DNA of 58,704 bases from the NCBI GenBank assembly GCA_021811425.1, contig JAJZPA010000001.1:1-58704 (forward strand), in the 5' to 3' direction. This document shows, piece by piece, positions 1-9,108 of this stretch. The position numbers and the translations under genes are program-made. The notes under the pieces are model-generated. The model was not told where the DNA came from. It ran no database searches and saw only the letters and a list, made by a program, of their open reading frames with translations. The stretch comes from Bacillota bacterium. GTDB taxonomy: Bacteria; Bacillota; Desulfitobacteriia; Desulfitobacteriales; Desulfitobacteriaceae. Numbering within the stretch: position 1 is the stretch's first letter; every line of letters starts with the position of its first letter.

Positions 1-1
1 G

Positions 2-424
2 GCGGAAAAGGCTGCTTGGCAGGCTGTCCAGACTGACCGCTTTGACCCGTCTAACCCGTCCTCTTCTTCTCTTATAGTAGGGATACCCAGTCTGGAACAG
101 TTGCCTGCACTGATGGAAGCCTGCCAGGCAGTGTTTCATGAAGAAGGCATCGAGGTGTCATCATTGAATGTTGAGCGAATCGCAGCGGATACGGGTGGGA
201 CTGTAAGGCAGGGAGAGCCATCTGCCCAGGGAGGAACCTCTGGTATGCTGCTGAATTTTGCGCTCGTACGCCTGCATTGGAAGGGAACCTGGGCCGGAAT
301 TGAGCGAGGGCTTGCTCGCTTGGAAAATCACGATAAGTTTAGAGTGCGTGTTCAAGAAGTGTCTCTGAAGCAAGCTGGCGGAGAAGGGACTTTGGAGATA
401 TATTTTCGCTCCCCCGTGCCGTAA
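2..424 (+). CDS. 5'-truncated ORF, possibly PilO-like type IV pilus/competence assembly protein
   Basis: Frame is open from base 2 to TAA at 422-424. The C-terminal pattern (VRLHWKGTWAGIERGLARLEN...VRVQEVSL) resembles PilO/GspM folds, and pil/com genes often precede pepP-efp in Clostridia. Confidence 0.4.
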   Translation, partial: AEKAAWQAVQTDRFDPSNPSSSSLIVGIPSLEQLPALMEACQAVFHEEGIEVSSLNVERIAADTGGTVRQGEPSAQGGTSGMLLNFALVRLHWKGTWAGIERGLARLENHDKFRVRVQEVSLKQAGGEGTLEIYFRSPVP

Positions 425-474
425 GTTCGGAACCTGACATTCCCCTCATCCCATATTTTAACAGAGGGGGGATT

Positions 475-1032
475 ATGATGGCCGGACAGAAGTATGTTAT
501 TCAGCCTGGAGATACCTTTTACCGTTTGTCTCAACGCTGGGGTGGAACGTGTGATGATTGGATCATGGCCAACCCTCACCTGAACCCCCAGACTCTGCAA
601 GTGGGGCAGAGCATCGTGCTGCCACCCTTAAGCGCTGGGCGCGACCAATATGTGGAGGTCTCGCCCGCTCAAGGGCGGGGGTTTAGTGGTGAACACATGG
701 ACGAAATCGAGATGGAATTGGCAGGTGTGCAGTTTAAACTGAGGCGGGTGGGGGAGAGTCGGATTCCGCATGAGATACACGTTATCCTGCCGCGCGCAGA
801 GATCCGCAAAATCCAGCCGCAGGGGGAACACGGACCGACAGAGGTTCAGATCATGCTGAGCAATGTCAACATCGTGCACTCCCCACGCCTGACGAGCGAA
901 GGGTCTGACAAGGCGGAAACCGGGAAGCGCAGTCCTAGTGTGAGCGAGGATTCTTCTATGAGGGAGAGGCTGGCCATGGGAGAAGGCTCAGCTCTGAACC
1001 AAGGGCCCACAAGAATTGAGTTTCCGCGGTGA
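475..1032 (+). CDS. LysM-domain protein with an unknown C-terminal domain
   Basis: N-terminal LysM motif YVIQPGDTFYRLSQRWG...ANPHLNPQTLQVGQSIVLP; RBS GAGGGGG upstream. Confidence 0.8.
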   Translation: MMAGQKYVIQPGDTFYRLSQRWGGTCDDWIMANPHLNPQTLQVGQSIVLPPLSAGRDQYVEVSPAQGRGFSGEHMDEIEMELAGVQFKLRRVGESRIPHEIHVILPRAEIRKIQPQGEHGPTEVQIMLSNVNIVHSPRLTSEGSDKAETGKRSPSVSEDSSMRERLAMGEGSALNQGPTRIEFPR

Positions 1033-1097
1033 TACCAAGCTGGGGCTATCTCACTGAAAGATGGCCTCAATTTCTTTATACATACCCATTCCCTTTT

Positions 1098-1178
1098 TGT
1101 CATTCTGAACGAAGACCCTGTCATTCTGAACGAAGTGAAGAATCTTGTTAAGATCCTTCGCTGACGCTCAGGATGACA
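1098..1178. repeat. REP-like imperfect palindrome with a duplicated left arm
   Basis: TGTCATTCTGAACGAAG occurs at 1098-1114 and 1119-1135. 1119-1178 folds as TGTCATTCTGAACGAAGTGAAGAATCT / AGATCCTTCGCTGACGCTCAGGATGACA. Confidence 0.75.
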
Positions 1179-1368
1179 ACATCGTTATCACACCTCAACT
1201 GTAGGCTTTGTTAATTCCCGCTGTGTGGAGGAAAGAAAAATTCGTGAGCGGAAAATACTATGCTCTGAAGAAAAGATGTGATAATATTTTGTGGGTAAGC
1301 TATAAGGCGGGGAATACCTGCAAACAACTAGGCCGAGAAACGTTTCGGAAATGAAAGGGGTTCCTCAG

Positions 1369-2430
1369 ATGAAGCGAGTTGAGCGCATGCGCGCGAGCAT
1401 GCTTGCCTTGAATCTGGATGCCTGTGTGGTGTCCCGCCCGGAAAACATCCGTTACCTCAGCGGCTTTACAGGAGGAGAGGGAATTCTCTTCATCCGTCCG
1501 GGAAAAGCCTATCTCCTTACAGATTTTCGCTATATTGAGCAGGCCAAAGCGGAAGCTCCGGAGTTCGAGATTGTACAGATTAAGGAGAATCGGTATGCCC
1601 CCTTGAAGGATGTAGGTGGGGAGCGGGGCCAGATCGGGTTTGAGGGGGATTTTCTTACATATACCGAGTATGAAAAACTACAGCAGGCCTTGCCTGGGGC
1701 GACGTTTCGCTCCGTTTCCGAGACGGTAACATCACTGCGGGGTGTGAAGGATGCTGGGGAAATCGCCTTGATTCGTCAGGCGGTGAAAGCGGCGGACGCT
1801 GCTTTCGAGGTACTCTTGCAAGAACGTTTAGTGGGTCAGACGGAGGAAGAGATTTTCCTGGCCTTGGAGTTCGCGGTGCGTAAGGCGGGAGCGAGCGGGC
1901 GTTCTTTTGATTTCATTGTTGCCTCAGGTTGGCGGGGGGCATTGCCTCACGGAACCGCAAGCAGCAAGGTCGTAGAGCGGGGCGAGTTCTTAACCTTGGA
2001 TTTCGGCGGGGTGGTTCACGGCTACTGTTCGGACATAACGCGGACCGTGGCGATCGGAGAACCGGATGAGAAGCAGAGAGAAATCTATGACATAGTCCTG
2101 GCGGCGCAGAAGGAAGGCGTGCGGGCGGTCAAGCCGGGGTTGACCGGCAAAGAAGTGGATGCCGTGGCGCGGAAGGTTATCGAAACGCATGGGTATGGCG
2201 AATATTTTGGGCATGGCCTTGGGCATTCTGTGGGCCTCGCCATTCATGAAGGTCCTAATCTCAGCGTGCGGGAGGAGCGCATCCTCGAACCGGGGATGGT
2301 TCTCACCGTCGAACCTGGGATCTATATTCCGAACTGGGGCGGGGTTCGCATCGAAGACATGGTGCTCGTGACAGAAACGGGATGCGAAGTCTTGACACAA
2401 AGTCCGAAGGATCTTATTATCATCGAGTAG
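1369..2430 (+). CDS. Xaa-Pro aminopeptidase (M24 family, YqhT/PepP-like)
   Basis: Motifs ALPHG, LDFG...YCSDITRT, FGHGLGHSVGLAIHE, TVEPGIY, GVRIED; lies upstream of efp. Start 1369 chosen over 1351 on RBS spacing. Confidence 0.93.
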   Translation: MKRVERMRASMLALNLDACVVSRPENIRYLSGFTGGEGILFIRPGKAYLLTDFRYIEQAKAEAPEFEIVQIKENRYAPLKDVGGERGQIGFEGDFLTYTEYEKLQQALPGATFRSVSETVTSLRGVKDAGEIALIRQAVKAADAAFEVLLQERLVGQTEEEIFLALEFAVRKAGASGRSFDFIVASGWRGALPHGTASSKVVERGEFLTLDFGGVVHGYCSDITRTVAIGEPDEKQREIYDIVLAAQKEGVRAVKPGLTGKEVDAVARKVIETHGYGEYFGHGLGHSVGLAIHEGPNLSVREERILEPGMVLTVEPGIYIPNWGGVRIEDMVLVTETGCEVLTQSPKDLIIIE

Positions 2431-2509
2431 ATGTTAGGTACAGAAGACGTTGTTTAACCTCAAATTGGACAAGCTATTTTGGATAAGACTTAACTGGGAG
2501 GAAAACGCT

Positions 2510-3067
2510 ATGATTTCTTCGAACGAATTTAAGACCGGTGTAACGATTGAAGTGGACGGCGATGTCTATACGATTGTGGAGTTCCAACACGTCAAGCCCG
2601 GCAAAGGGGCGGCTTTCGTCCGTACCAAGTTGAAAAACATTAAAAACGGCGGAGTTGTAGAACGCAAATTCAATGCCGGTGAGAAGGTCCCCAAAGCGCA
2701 TGTGGAGCGCCGTGAAATGCAGTATCTCTATAAAGATGGGGAGCATTTTGTGGTGATGGACAATGAAAACTATGAGCAATTGTCCTTGACTGAGGGGCAA
2801 ATCGGGGATGGCGTTAAGTGGCTGAAGGAGAATATGAACCTGGGTGTGCTGTTCTTTGGGACAAGCGTGATCGGCGTCGATATCCCGAACATCGTGCAGC
2901 TGACGGTAACGGCGACTGAACCAGGGGTCAAGGGTGATACGGCCACAGGCGGTTCTAAACCGGCGACTGTGGAAACAGGGGCCATCGTTCAGGTTCCTTT
3001 CTTTGTCAATGAAGGGGATGTGCTGATTATCGATACCCGTACCGGAAACTACGTCCAAAGAGCCTGA
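2510..3067 (+). CDS. efp: Translation elongation factor P
   Basis: [16 protein letters not shown] and [29 protein letters not shown] before ATG 2510. Confidence 0.98.
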   Translation: MISSNEFKTGVTIEVDGDVYTIVEFQHVKPGKGAAFVRTKLKNIKNGGVVERKFNAGEKVPKAHVERREMQYLYKDGEHFVVMDNENYEQLSLTEGQIGDGVKWLKENMNLGVLFFGTSVIGVDIPNIVQLTVTATEPGVKGDTATGGSKPATVETGAIVQVPFFVNEGDVLIIDTRTGNYVQRA

Positions 3068-3118
3068 GTAAAGTACAAGTTGCCTCCTTTGGGGAAGGCA
3101 GAAATTCTACGATCCCCA

Positions 3119-3168
3119 AGAGTCCGCTGGAGATTTATTTTAAATCTTTCAGGCGGACTTTTTCTTTT
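3119..3168 (+). terminator. Probable intrinsic terminator after efp
   Basis: AGTCCGC...GCGGACT stem followed by TTTTCTTTT. Confidence 0.6.
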
Positions 3169-3169
3169 A

Positions 3170-3199
3170 GTCTAAAACAAGGGTTTGGGACATACCTTC
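3170..3199 (+). promoter_or_regulatory. Putative sigmaE promoter of the spoIIIA operon
   Basis: GTCTA...CATACCTT resembles the sigmaE consensus; spoIIIA is sigmaE-controlled in characterised sporulators. Confidence 0.5.
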
Positions 3200-3219
3200 T
3201 AACAGGAGGGACCAGAAAC

Positions 3220-4254
3220 GTGCCGCTTCATTATGTTGTACCTTTGAAGAAAAAAACTGCATCCGATCCGGCGAGGGAGATGAATCAGAGGGGCTCGCTG
3301 GCAGGCCGAGGCTTGCTCAAGTGGTTTAATGATCAAGTGAGGGAAATTCTCTATCAAGTTGAGCTGCACTATGCGGTTTTGGAGGAAATTCGTCTGCGGG
3401 CGAACCAACCTCTATTGATTCGATTGACTGGCCGGGATGTGTTTCTGAATGCCGAGGGGGCCGAAGTGGAGCCGTCTCAGGCCTACCGAGTCACCTCCGA
3501 GGACCTGAGCGAAACGCTGGAGCGTTTGACACAAAGCTCGATTTATGCTGCCGAAGAGGAGATCCGGCAGGGTTTTCTAACCCTTCCGGGAGGACATCGG
3601 GTGGGGATCACCGGTGAGGCGGTTTTGCAGCAGGGCCGGGTACAAACCCTTAAACATATCACTGGTTTGAACTTTCGTGTAGCGAAGGAAGCCAAAGGTT
3701 TCGGTCTCAACTTATTGCCTTTCCTGGTGACATCCGAGGGCAGGCTCTTTCACACCCTAATTATTTCCATGCCGCGGGCCGGCAAGACCACCTTACTGCG
3801 CTCTCTGATTCGTTTGCTAAGTGACGGGGTTCCTGAACTGAATCTTCAAGGGCAGACGGTCGGGGTGGTGGATGAGCGGGGGGAGCTGGCAGGCATGTGG
3901 CAAGGGGTGCCAGGCTTCAACCTGGGTGTGCGCACGGATGTCTTGGATGGCTGCCCTAAGGCGGTGGGTATGAGCATGCTCATCAGGGCGATGGCCCCGC
4001 AGATCGTCGCGGTGGATGAATTAGGACAGGATGAGGATGCGCTGGCGGTCACGGAGGCCCTGCGAAGTGGAGTAAGCGTTTTGAGTACGGCCCATGCTTC
4101 CTCTCTGGCGGAGGCAAGGGCCCGCCCATCCCTGGAGCGTCTGCTGACGGCAGGGGTTTTCGAACGGTTGGTCATTCTCAGCCGCAGGGAGGGGCCAGGT
4201 ACGATCGAGGGTGTGCTGGACTTGACGAGCGGGCAATCCCTTCTGGGACGATAG
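3220..4254 (+). CDS. spoIIIAA: Stage III sporulation protein AA (ATPase)
   Basis: EEIRLRANQPL, GFLTLPGGHRVG, Walker A PRAGKTT, VDERGE, RTDVLDGCPK, VDELG. Confidence 0.96.
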   Translation: MPLHYVVPLKKKTASDPAREMNQRGSLAGRGLLKWFNDQVREILYQVELHYAVLEEIRLRANQPLLIRLTGRDVFLNAEGAEVEPSQAYRVTSEDLSETLERLTQSSIYAAEEEIRQGFLTLPGGHRVGITGEAVLQQGRVQTLKHITGLNFRVAKEAKGFGLNLLPFLVTSEGRLFHTLIISMPRAGKTTLLRSLIRLLSDGVPELNLQGQTVGVVDERGELAGMWQGVPGFNLGVRTDVLDGCPKAVGMSMLIRAMAPQIVAVDELGQDEDALAVTEALRSGVSVLSTAHASSLAEARARPSLERLLTAGVFERLVILSRREGPGTIEGVLDLTSGQSLLGR

Positions 4255-4279
4255 ACCCGCTGAATTTTGGAGGCAAAGC

Positions 4280-4789
4280 ATGTTAATGATTGGATCGCTG
4301 GGTTTGATTATCGCCTGCGGTGGGATTGGGCTTTGGCTGGCCGATCGGGCACGCCGCCGTCCAGGTGAACTTCGGGCCTGTTTAACCGCACTGTCCCTGT
4401 TGGATACGGAAATTTACTGGGGGTCTACCCCTCTTCCCGAAGCCTGTGCGGGGATTGCGGCCCGGATCGGGGTACCTTGGCAGGGTTTCTTTGAGGAAAT
4501 CCAAGGGCGGATCGAAGGCGGGGAAGGGGCTTGGAGTGCTTGGAAAGCCACAGTGGCCAATCAAACCGGGAACTTTTGCCTAAAACCGGAAGACTGGCTG
4601 GTGGTTTTGGATGTCGGCAAAGGGCTGGGGCGCTCGGATCGTCAGGAGCAGCATAAACAGCTGGAACTGGTGCAGAAGCACCTGGGGCAATTGCGAGAAC
4701 AGGCTGCTTCCTGGGCTGAGAGACAAGCCAAGATGTGGTCTTATTTAGGCTTCCTTGTCGGCTTCGCCGTCGTTATCTTCCTCATATAG
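4280..4789 (+). CDS. spoIIIAB: Stage III sporulation protein AB
   Basis: LDTEIYWGSTPLPEA, LGRSDRQEQ, terminal TM helices; operon position. Confidence 0.92.
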   Translation: MLMIGSLGLIIACGGIGLWLADRARRRPGELRACLTALSLLDTEIYWGSTPLPEACAGIAARIGVPWQGFFEEIQGRIEGGEGAWSAWKATVANQTGNFCLKPEDWLVVLDVGKGLGRSDRQEQHKQLELVQKHLGQLREQAASWAERQAKMWSYLGFLVGFAVVIFLI

Positions 4790-4806
4790 AGAAAGGAGAA
4801 TAGCGG

Positions 4807-5004
4807 ATGGACCTGAACATGGTACTCAGAATCGCAGGAATTGGGATATTTGTCGGGGTCTTGGTCACCCTCCTCAATGAGTCGGGGAAAAGGGAAATCG
4901 CTCAGTTGGTCACAGTGGCTGGGGTTGTTTTGGTGCTATTCACAGTCATTCAGGGGATATCTCAGCTCTTCACGTTGGTTAAAAGTGTATTTCAATTGTA
5001 TTAG
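4807..5004 (+). CDS. spoIIIAC: Stage III sporulation protein AC
   Basis: 65 aa, MDLNMVLRIAGIGI...SGKREIAQLVT...VKSVFQL. Confidence 0.93.
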   Translation: MDLNMVLRIAGIGIFVGVLVTLLNESGKREIAQLVTVAGVVLVLFTVIQGISQLFTLVKSVFQLY

Positions 5005-5009
5005 GGGGC

Positions 5010-5402
5010 TTGGGGGTGGAAATTTGGCAAATCGTCGGCTTAGCCCTGATCGTGACCATTATTGGGGTGGTTCTGCGCAAAATCCAGCCGGAAATCGCAG
5101 TGCAGCTCAGTATTCTGGCGGGCGCTGTCATCTTTTTGCTCATGTTCGGCAAGATCAAGGTTATTGTCGATCTGCTCCAGAACCTAGCCGACCAAGCCAA
5201 TATCAGTTCCTATTACTTGATCATCGTTTTGAAGATTGTGGGGATCTCCTATTTGGCTGAATTCGGTGCTCAGATCTGCCGGGATGCGGGAGAAGGCGCT
5301 CTCGCGACAAAGGTGGAACTCGCCGCCAAAATCGGGGTCCTGGTTCTGGCGATTCCGATTATTGTAGCGATTCTCGAATCTTTGGTACGCTTAATTCCGT
5401 GA
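5010..5402 (+). CDS. spoIIIAD: Stage III sporulation protein AD
   Basis: LKIVGISYLAEFGAQICRDAGEGALATKVELAAK signature. Start may be GTG 5016. Confidence 0.95.
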   Translation: MGVEIWQIVGLALIVTIIGVVLRKIQPEIAVQLSILAGAVIFLLMFGKIKVIVDLLQNLADQANISSYYLIIVLKIVGISYLAEFGAQICRDAGEGALATKVELAAKIGVLVLAIPIIVAILESLVRLIP

Positions 5403-5403
5403 G

Positions 5404-6603
5404 GTGATGCTCGTGCAGCGCTTTATTATTTCTCTCCTCCTTTCTTTTTTCCTCTGCTTTGGGACAACTCCTCCAGCCGTCTGGGCGGGCGAGGGCGCTT
5501 CGACAGCGGGTGCGGGCCAGGCCATCGAAGCGGTCGATCTCGCACAGCATGTTGATTTATCCAAAATGCGCCTGTTTCTGGAAACTTTGGATCAGGATGT
5601 GCAGCAGTCCTTGCCCAGTTTTTCCCTGAGCCGAATCTTTGAGGGTCTTAAGTCCGGAAGGCTGGATCTGGATCCAGGGAAAGTTGGCCGTGATCTTTTG
5701 GCTTTCATCGGGAAGGAAATCTTAAAAACCGCACCGCTGATTGGCAAGCTCCTCGTCCTGGCTGTGTTATCGGCCCTTTTGCAGCAGCTTCAAGGAGCCT
5801 TTGGTGGTTCTGTTGGCAAGCTCTCGCAGATGCTTTCCTATCTGGTGCTCTTGAGTTTAGCCATGGCTTCCTTTCAAGCGGTGATGGACATTGCGCAAGG
5901 GGCGGTTGACCAGATGATCGGCTTGATGCAGGCTCTATTTCCGGTGATGCTCACCCTCCTGCTGGCCATGGGAAACCTGGCAACCGCAGCGTTGTTCCGT
6001 CCCATGGTGCTTGCCAGCCTTACCTTCTTGGCGACCCTCTTGAAAACGGTCATTTTGCCCCTGTTTTTCTTGGGGGCGGTTCTACGCTTGTTCAATCAAA
6101 TATCTGAACAGTTTAAGGTGACTAAACTTGCCGGGCTTCTGGAATTTATGGGTAAGGTCAGCTTAGGTTTAGTTATGACCTTGTTCATTTCCCTCATGAC
6201 CTTGCAGGGAGTAACCGGTGGGGTGGCTGATGGAGTCGCCTTGCGCACAGCTAAGTATTCTGTGGACATGATTCCTGTCGTGGGAAAATTTTTTAAAGAT
6301 TCGGTGGAGTTGCTGATTACCTCCGGACTTTTACTGCGTAATGCCTTGGGGCTGATCGCTTTTTTGGCTTTGCTGATCATCTGTTTGGGACCGCTGGTGA
6401 AGATCCTAGCCATGCTCTTTGTCTTCAAGCTCTCGGCCGCCTTGATTGAACCCTTGGGTGAGAGCCATTTGGCAGACAGCCTGCAGGATATGGCTAAAAG
6501 CTTGACCTATATCTTTGGAGCCGTGGCTGCCGTTGGAGTCATGTTCTTTATCACTATTGTAGTGGTGGTGAGTACGGGGAATCTTTCCGTGATGCTGCGA
6601 TGA
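5404..6603 (+). CDS. spoIIIAE: Stage III sporulation protein AE
   Basis: Polytopic membrane protein with DGVALRTAKY...IPVVGK and SAALIEPLG. Confidence 0.95.
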   Translation: MMLVQRFIISLLLSFFLCFGTTPPAVWAGEGASTAGAGQAIEAVDLAQHVDLSKMRLFLETLDQDVQQSLPSFSLSRIFEGLKSGRLDLDPGKVGRDLLAFIGKEILKTAPLIGKLLVLAVLSALLQQLQGAFGGSVGKLSQMLSYLVLLSLAMASFQAVMDIAQGAVDQMIGLMQALFPVMLTLLLAMGNLATAALFRPMVLASLTFLATLLKTVILPLFFLGAVLRLFNQISEQFKVTKLAGLLEFMGKVSLGLVMTLFISLMTLQGVTGGVADGVALRTAKYSVDMIPVVGKFFKDSVELLITSGLLLRNALGLIAFLALLIICLGPLVKILAMLFVFKLSAALIEPLGESHLADSLQDMAKSLTYIFGAVAAVGVMFFITIVVVVSTGNLSVMLR

Positions 6604-6616
6604 AGGAGGGGAAGGC

Positions 6617-7189
6617 TTGCAAGCCCTGCAGACACTCATCCACAATTTGGCCATCATTCTGCTCCTGGCTACCTTTATGGAAATGCTGCTGCCCAATAAG
6701 AGCATGCGCAGGTATGTTCAACTGGTTATGGGATTGTTTGTTATCTCAGCGGTCTTAAACCCCCTGACGGCCTTTTTAAAGCACCCTTTAGAGCTGGAGA
6801 TTCCGGCCTGGACCTCGGCTGCCCCGCAGGATATGGCGGTTTTGGCGGCAGACGGGGTGAGATTAGGCAAAGATGCGGTCGAGGAGCAGTATCGGCGTAT
6901 TTTGGTTCACCAGATCCGGGCCCTGGCCCTGGGGGTTGGGGGAGTGGGAGAGGCCCAGGTCGAGATCAGTTTTGCAGAAACAAGTGCGGGCTTGACGGAT
7001 CAACCACGGATTGCCGGAGTGGAGATCTTGCTCTCTCCCGCGCAAGGAACCGTGGAACCTGTGCGACCGGTGCTGATTGGCGGGGAGGCTCAGAACCCGA
7101 AGTCAGAGAACCCTGTCGCCCTGGATGTGAAGGAGAAGGTTGCGAAACTCATGGAGATTCCGGAAGAGACGATCGTGGTGCACTTTTAG
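6617..7189 (+). CDS. spoIIIAF: Stage III sporulation protein AF
   Basis: FMEMLLPNKSMRRYVQLVMGL...VLNPL. Confidence 0.93.
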   Translation: MQALQTLIHNLAIILLLATFMEMLLPNKSMRRYVQLVMGLFVISAVLNPLTAFLKHPLELEIPAWTSAAPQDMAVLAADGVRLGKDAVEEQYRRILVHQIRALALGVGGVGEAQVEISFAETSAGLTDQPRIAGVEILLSPAQGTVEPVRPVLIGGEAQNPKSENPVALDVKEKVAKLMEIPEETIVVHF

Positions 7190-7210
7190 AAGAGACAAGG
7201 GGGGTCAAGC

Positions 7211-7852
7211 ATGGTCAAAAAGCTGGAAAAGCGCCTTAGGATCCGAGACTCGCATGTGCACAAGCCGGAAGGCCAGAACCCAAAGAACGAAAAGGGGTTC
7301 TTGGACGGGTTGCTCAAAAATGAGAACCTCATGAAGCTGATGGTTGCTGCGATGGTCGTTTCGGTCGCCATGATTCTCTGGGGGAAGGGGACAACAGCCG
7401 AGGCTCCGGCCGTGAAAACAACCCCCCAAAGCCAGGGGGTGGAGAGCAGCCGCATCACAGCTTTGGAAAAGGCGTTGGAAAATAAGCTCGCAGAAAATCT
7501 ACGCCAAATGCAGGGAGTTGGACAAGTACAGGTAACAGTGACGCTGGCTTCCGGGATTAAGAGTGATTACGCTAAAAATGAGAGTATCACCAAACGGACC
7601 ACGGAAGAGACAGACAAGGCGGGCGGGGTCAGAAAGTCGACGGAAACGACGGAAAATGATCAGCTGGTCATGCCGAATGGGGTCGCGCAGCCCGTGGTGA
7701 TCATGGAAGAGAGTCCAGCCGTCGCTGGAGTCTTGGTGATTGCGGAAGGGGCGAAAGAAGCGAAGGTGCGGGAAGGCATCCATAACGCAGTGCGCACGCT
7801 GCTCAACATTCCGACGAGCAAGATCACAGTCGAAGCGATGGGAGGGATCTAG
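7211..7852 (+). CDS. spoIIIAG: Stage III sporulation protein AG
   Basis: LENKL...GVGQVQVTVTL, ETDKAGGVR, GVLVIAEGA. Confidence 0.93.
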   Translation: MVKKLEKRLRIRDSHVHKPEGQNPKNEKGFLDGLLKNENLMKLMVAAMVVSVAMILWGKGTTAEAPAVKTTPQSQGVESSRITALEKALENKLAENLRQMQGVGQVQVTVTLASGIKSDYAKNESITKRTTEETDKAGGVRKSTETTENDQLVMPNGVAQPVVIMEESPAVAGVLVIAEGAKEAKVREGIHNAVRTLLNIPTSKITVEAMGGI

Positions 7853-7853
7853 A

Positions 7854-8414
7854 GTGAAGCTGACCCTATTTTGGCTGCCTAGTCCGAGGGTGAAGAAACT
7901 TGTTTGGGGAGGGGTTTTGGGTGTGAGCGCGGGCTTGGTTCTCTTGGCTGTCGCTTGGGCAACGGGTTTAGGACATGAAAAATCATATTTTCCCCACGAC
8001 AACAGTCTGCCTGTCAGTGCTCAGGATATTCAAGTTCAGATTGAATCTCTTCCCCTGCGCAGCCTGCAGGGAGAGGACTACTTTGTCAATTATCGCTTAG
8101 AGAGGGAAAAGTATCGGCAAGAGGCAAAAGGGATGCTGCAAGCGTTATTGAATAGTGTCGATAGTAAAAGCCGGGCCGAGGCGCAAGCACAGTGGTTGGC
8201 AATCAGCACCCAAATTGAGACAGAGGGAGAAATAGAAAATCTATTGAAGATTAAAGGATTTAAAGATGTGGTGGTGAATTACTCAACCGCAGGCGTTCAT
8301 GTGATCATTTATGCGGAACAACTCGCAGCCGGCGAGATTGGGCTCATTCAGGAGATCGTGCAGCGCGTGTCGCATTTACGTCTCGATCAGATCGTCATCT
8401 CTGCTCGCGCCTGA
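7854..8414 (+). CDS. spoIIIAH: Stage III sporulation protein AH-like
   Basis: YFVNYRLERE and EIENLLKIKGFKDVVV. GTG 7854 follows RBS GGAGG; the ORF-track start at 7740 overlaps spoIIIAG. Confidence 0.88.
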   Translation: MKLTLFWLPSPRVKKLVWGGVLGVSAGLVLLAVAWATGLGHEKSYFPHDNSLPVSAQDIQVQIESLPLRSLQGEDYFVNYRLEREKYRQEAKGMLQALLNSVDSKSRAEAQAQWLAISTQIETEGEIENLLKIKGFKDVVVNYSTAGVHVIIYAEQLAAGEIGLIQEIVQRVSHLRLDQIVISARA

Positions 8415-8454
8415 AATGTCGAGTATGTTTTAAAATAAATCTTTCTGGGCCGGC

Positions 8455-8479
8455 AGGAAATTACGCCGGGAGCGCGAAT
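8455..8479 (+). promoter_or_regulatory. Putative sigmaH promoter
   Basis: AGGAAAT at 8455 and GAAT at 8476-8479 (AGGA-N17-GAAT). Confidence 0.5.
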
Positions 8480-8541
8480 TGAATGTAAGATAGCAGGTTA
8501 AACAGGATCACGGTCAAAATTGAGGGTGAGGGACGTCTTAG

Positions 8542-8922
8542 ATGAGCACAGTTCTCGTTGCAGATGATGCTAGTTTTATGAGGCTGATGATCAAGCAGAT
8601 CCTAATCCGGCAGGGTTGTTCTAATGTTCTGGAGGCGGATAACGGCTTTGCGGCCATTGAACTCTATAAAGAGAAAAGGCCGGATTTAACCATTTTAGAT
8701 ATCACCATGCCGGAAGTGGACGGACTTCAAGCCTTGACGGAAATACTCGCTTATGATGCGTCAGCGAGAGTGATCATGTGTAGTGCTGTGGCTCAAGAGG
8801 TGATGGTGCGAGAAGCGATGCGCTTGGGAGCCTTGGATTTTGTGGTAAAGCCGTTTCGGCCTGATGATTTGCTGAAAATTGCACGTAAGTATCTCCCGTG
8901 TGCTGGAGGTCGCGGTTTTTAA
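8542..8922 (+). CDS. Single-domain CheY-like response regulator
   Basis: VADDASFMRLMIK, LDITMPEVDG, VIMCSA and DFVVKPF closely follow the Firmicutes CheY pattern; no chemotaxis genes nearby. Confidence 0.88.
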   Translation: MSTVLVADDASFMRLMIKQILIRQGCSNVLEADNGFAAIELYKEKRPDLTILDITMPEVDGLQALTEILAYDASARVIMCSAVAQEVMVREAMRLGALDFVVKPFRPDDLLKIARKYLPCAGGRGF

Positions 8923-9040
8923 AGCAAAGGTTTTTGAGTTTCTTTGGTCTAAAGGAAAAATCCTCTTTAGCGTACAAAGGGGATTTTGTTCTGTTTAAAG
9001 ATATTTGCTAGACAAATACTGTATACTTTTATGGGTTTCA

Positions 9041-9070
9041 TTGCAATGGGTTTGCACCTGCCCATATAAT
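9041..9070 (+). promoter_or_regulatory. Putative sigmaA promoter of the carboxylase operon
   Basis: TTGCAA-N18-TATAAT. Confidence 0.45.
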
Positions 9071-9108
9071 AGAGCATGAGTTTTAAGAAACGGGTCGAGG
9101 AGAGGGGT

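Noticed and set aside
1098..1178. CRISPR array
   Set aside because: Only two 17-bp copies 4 bp apart, no spacers and no cas genes.
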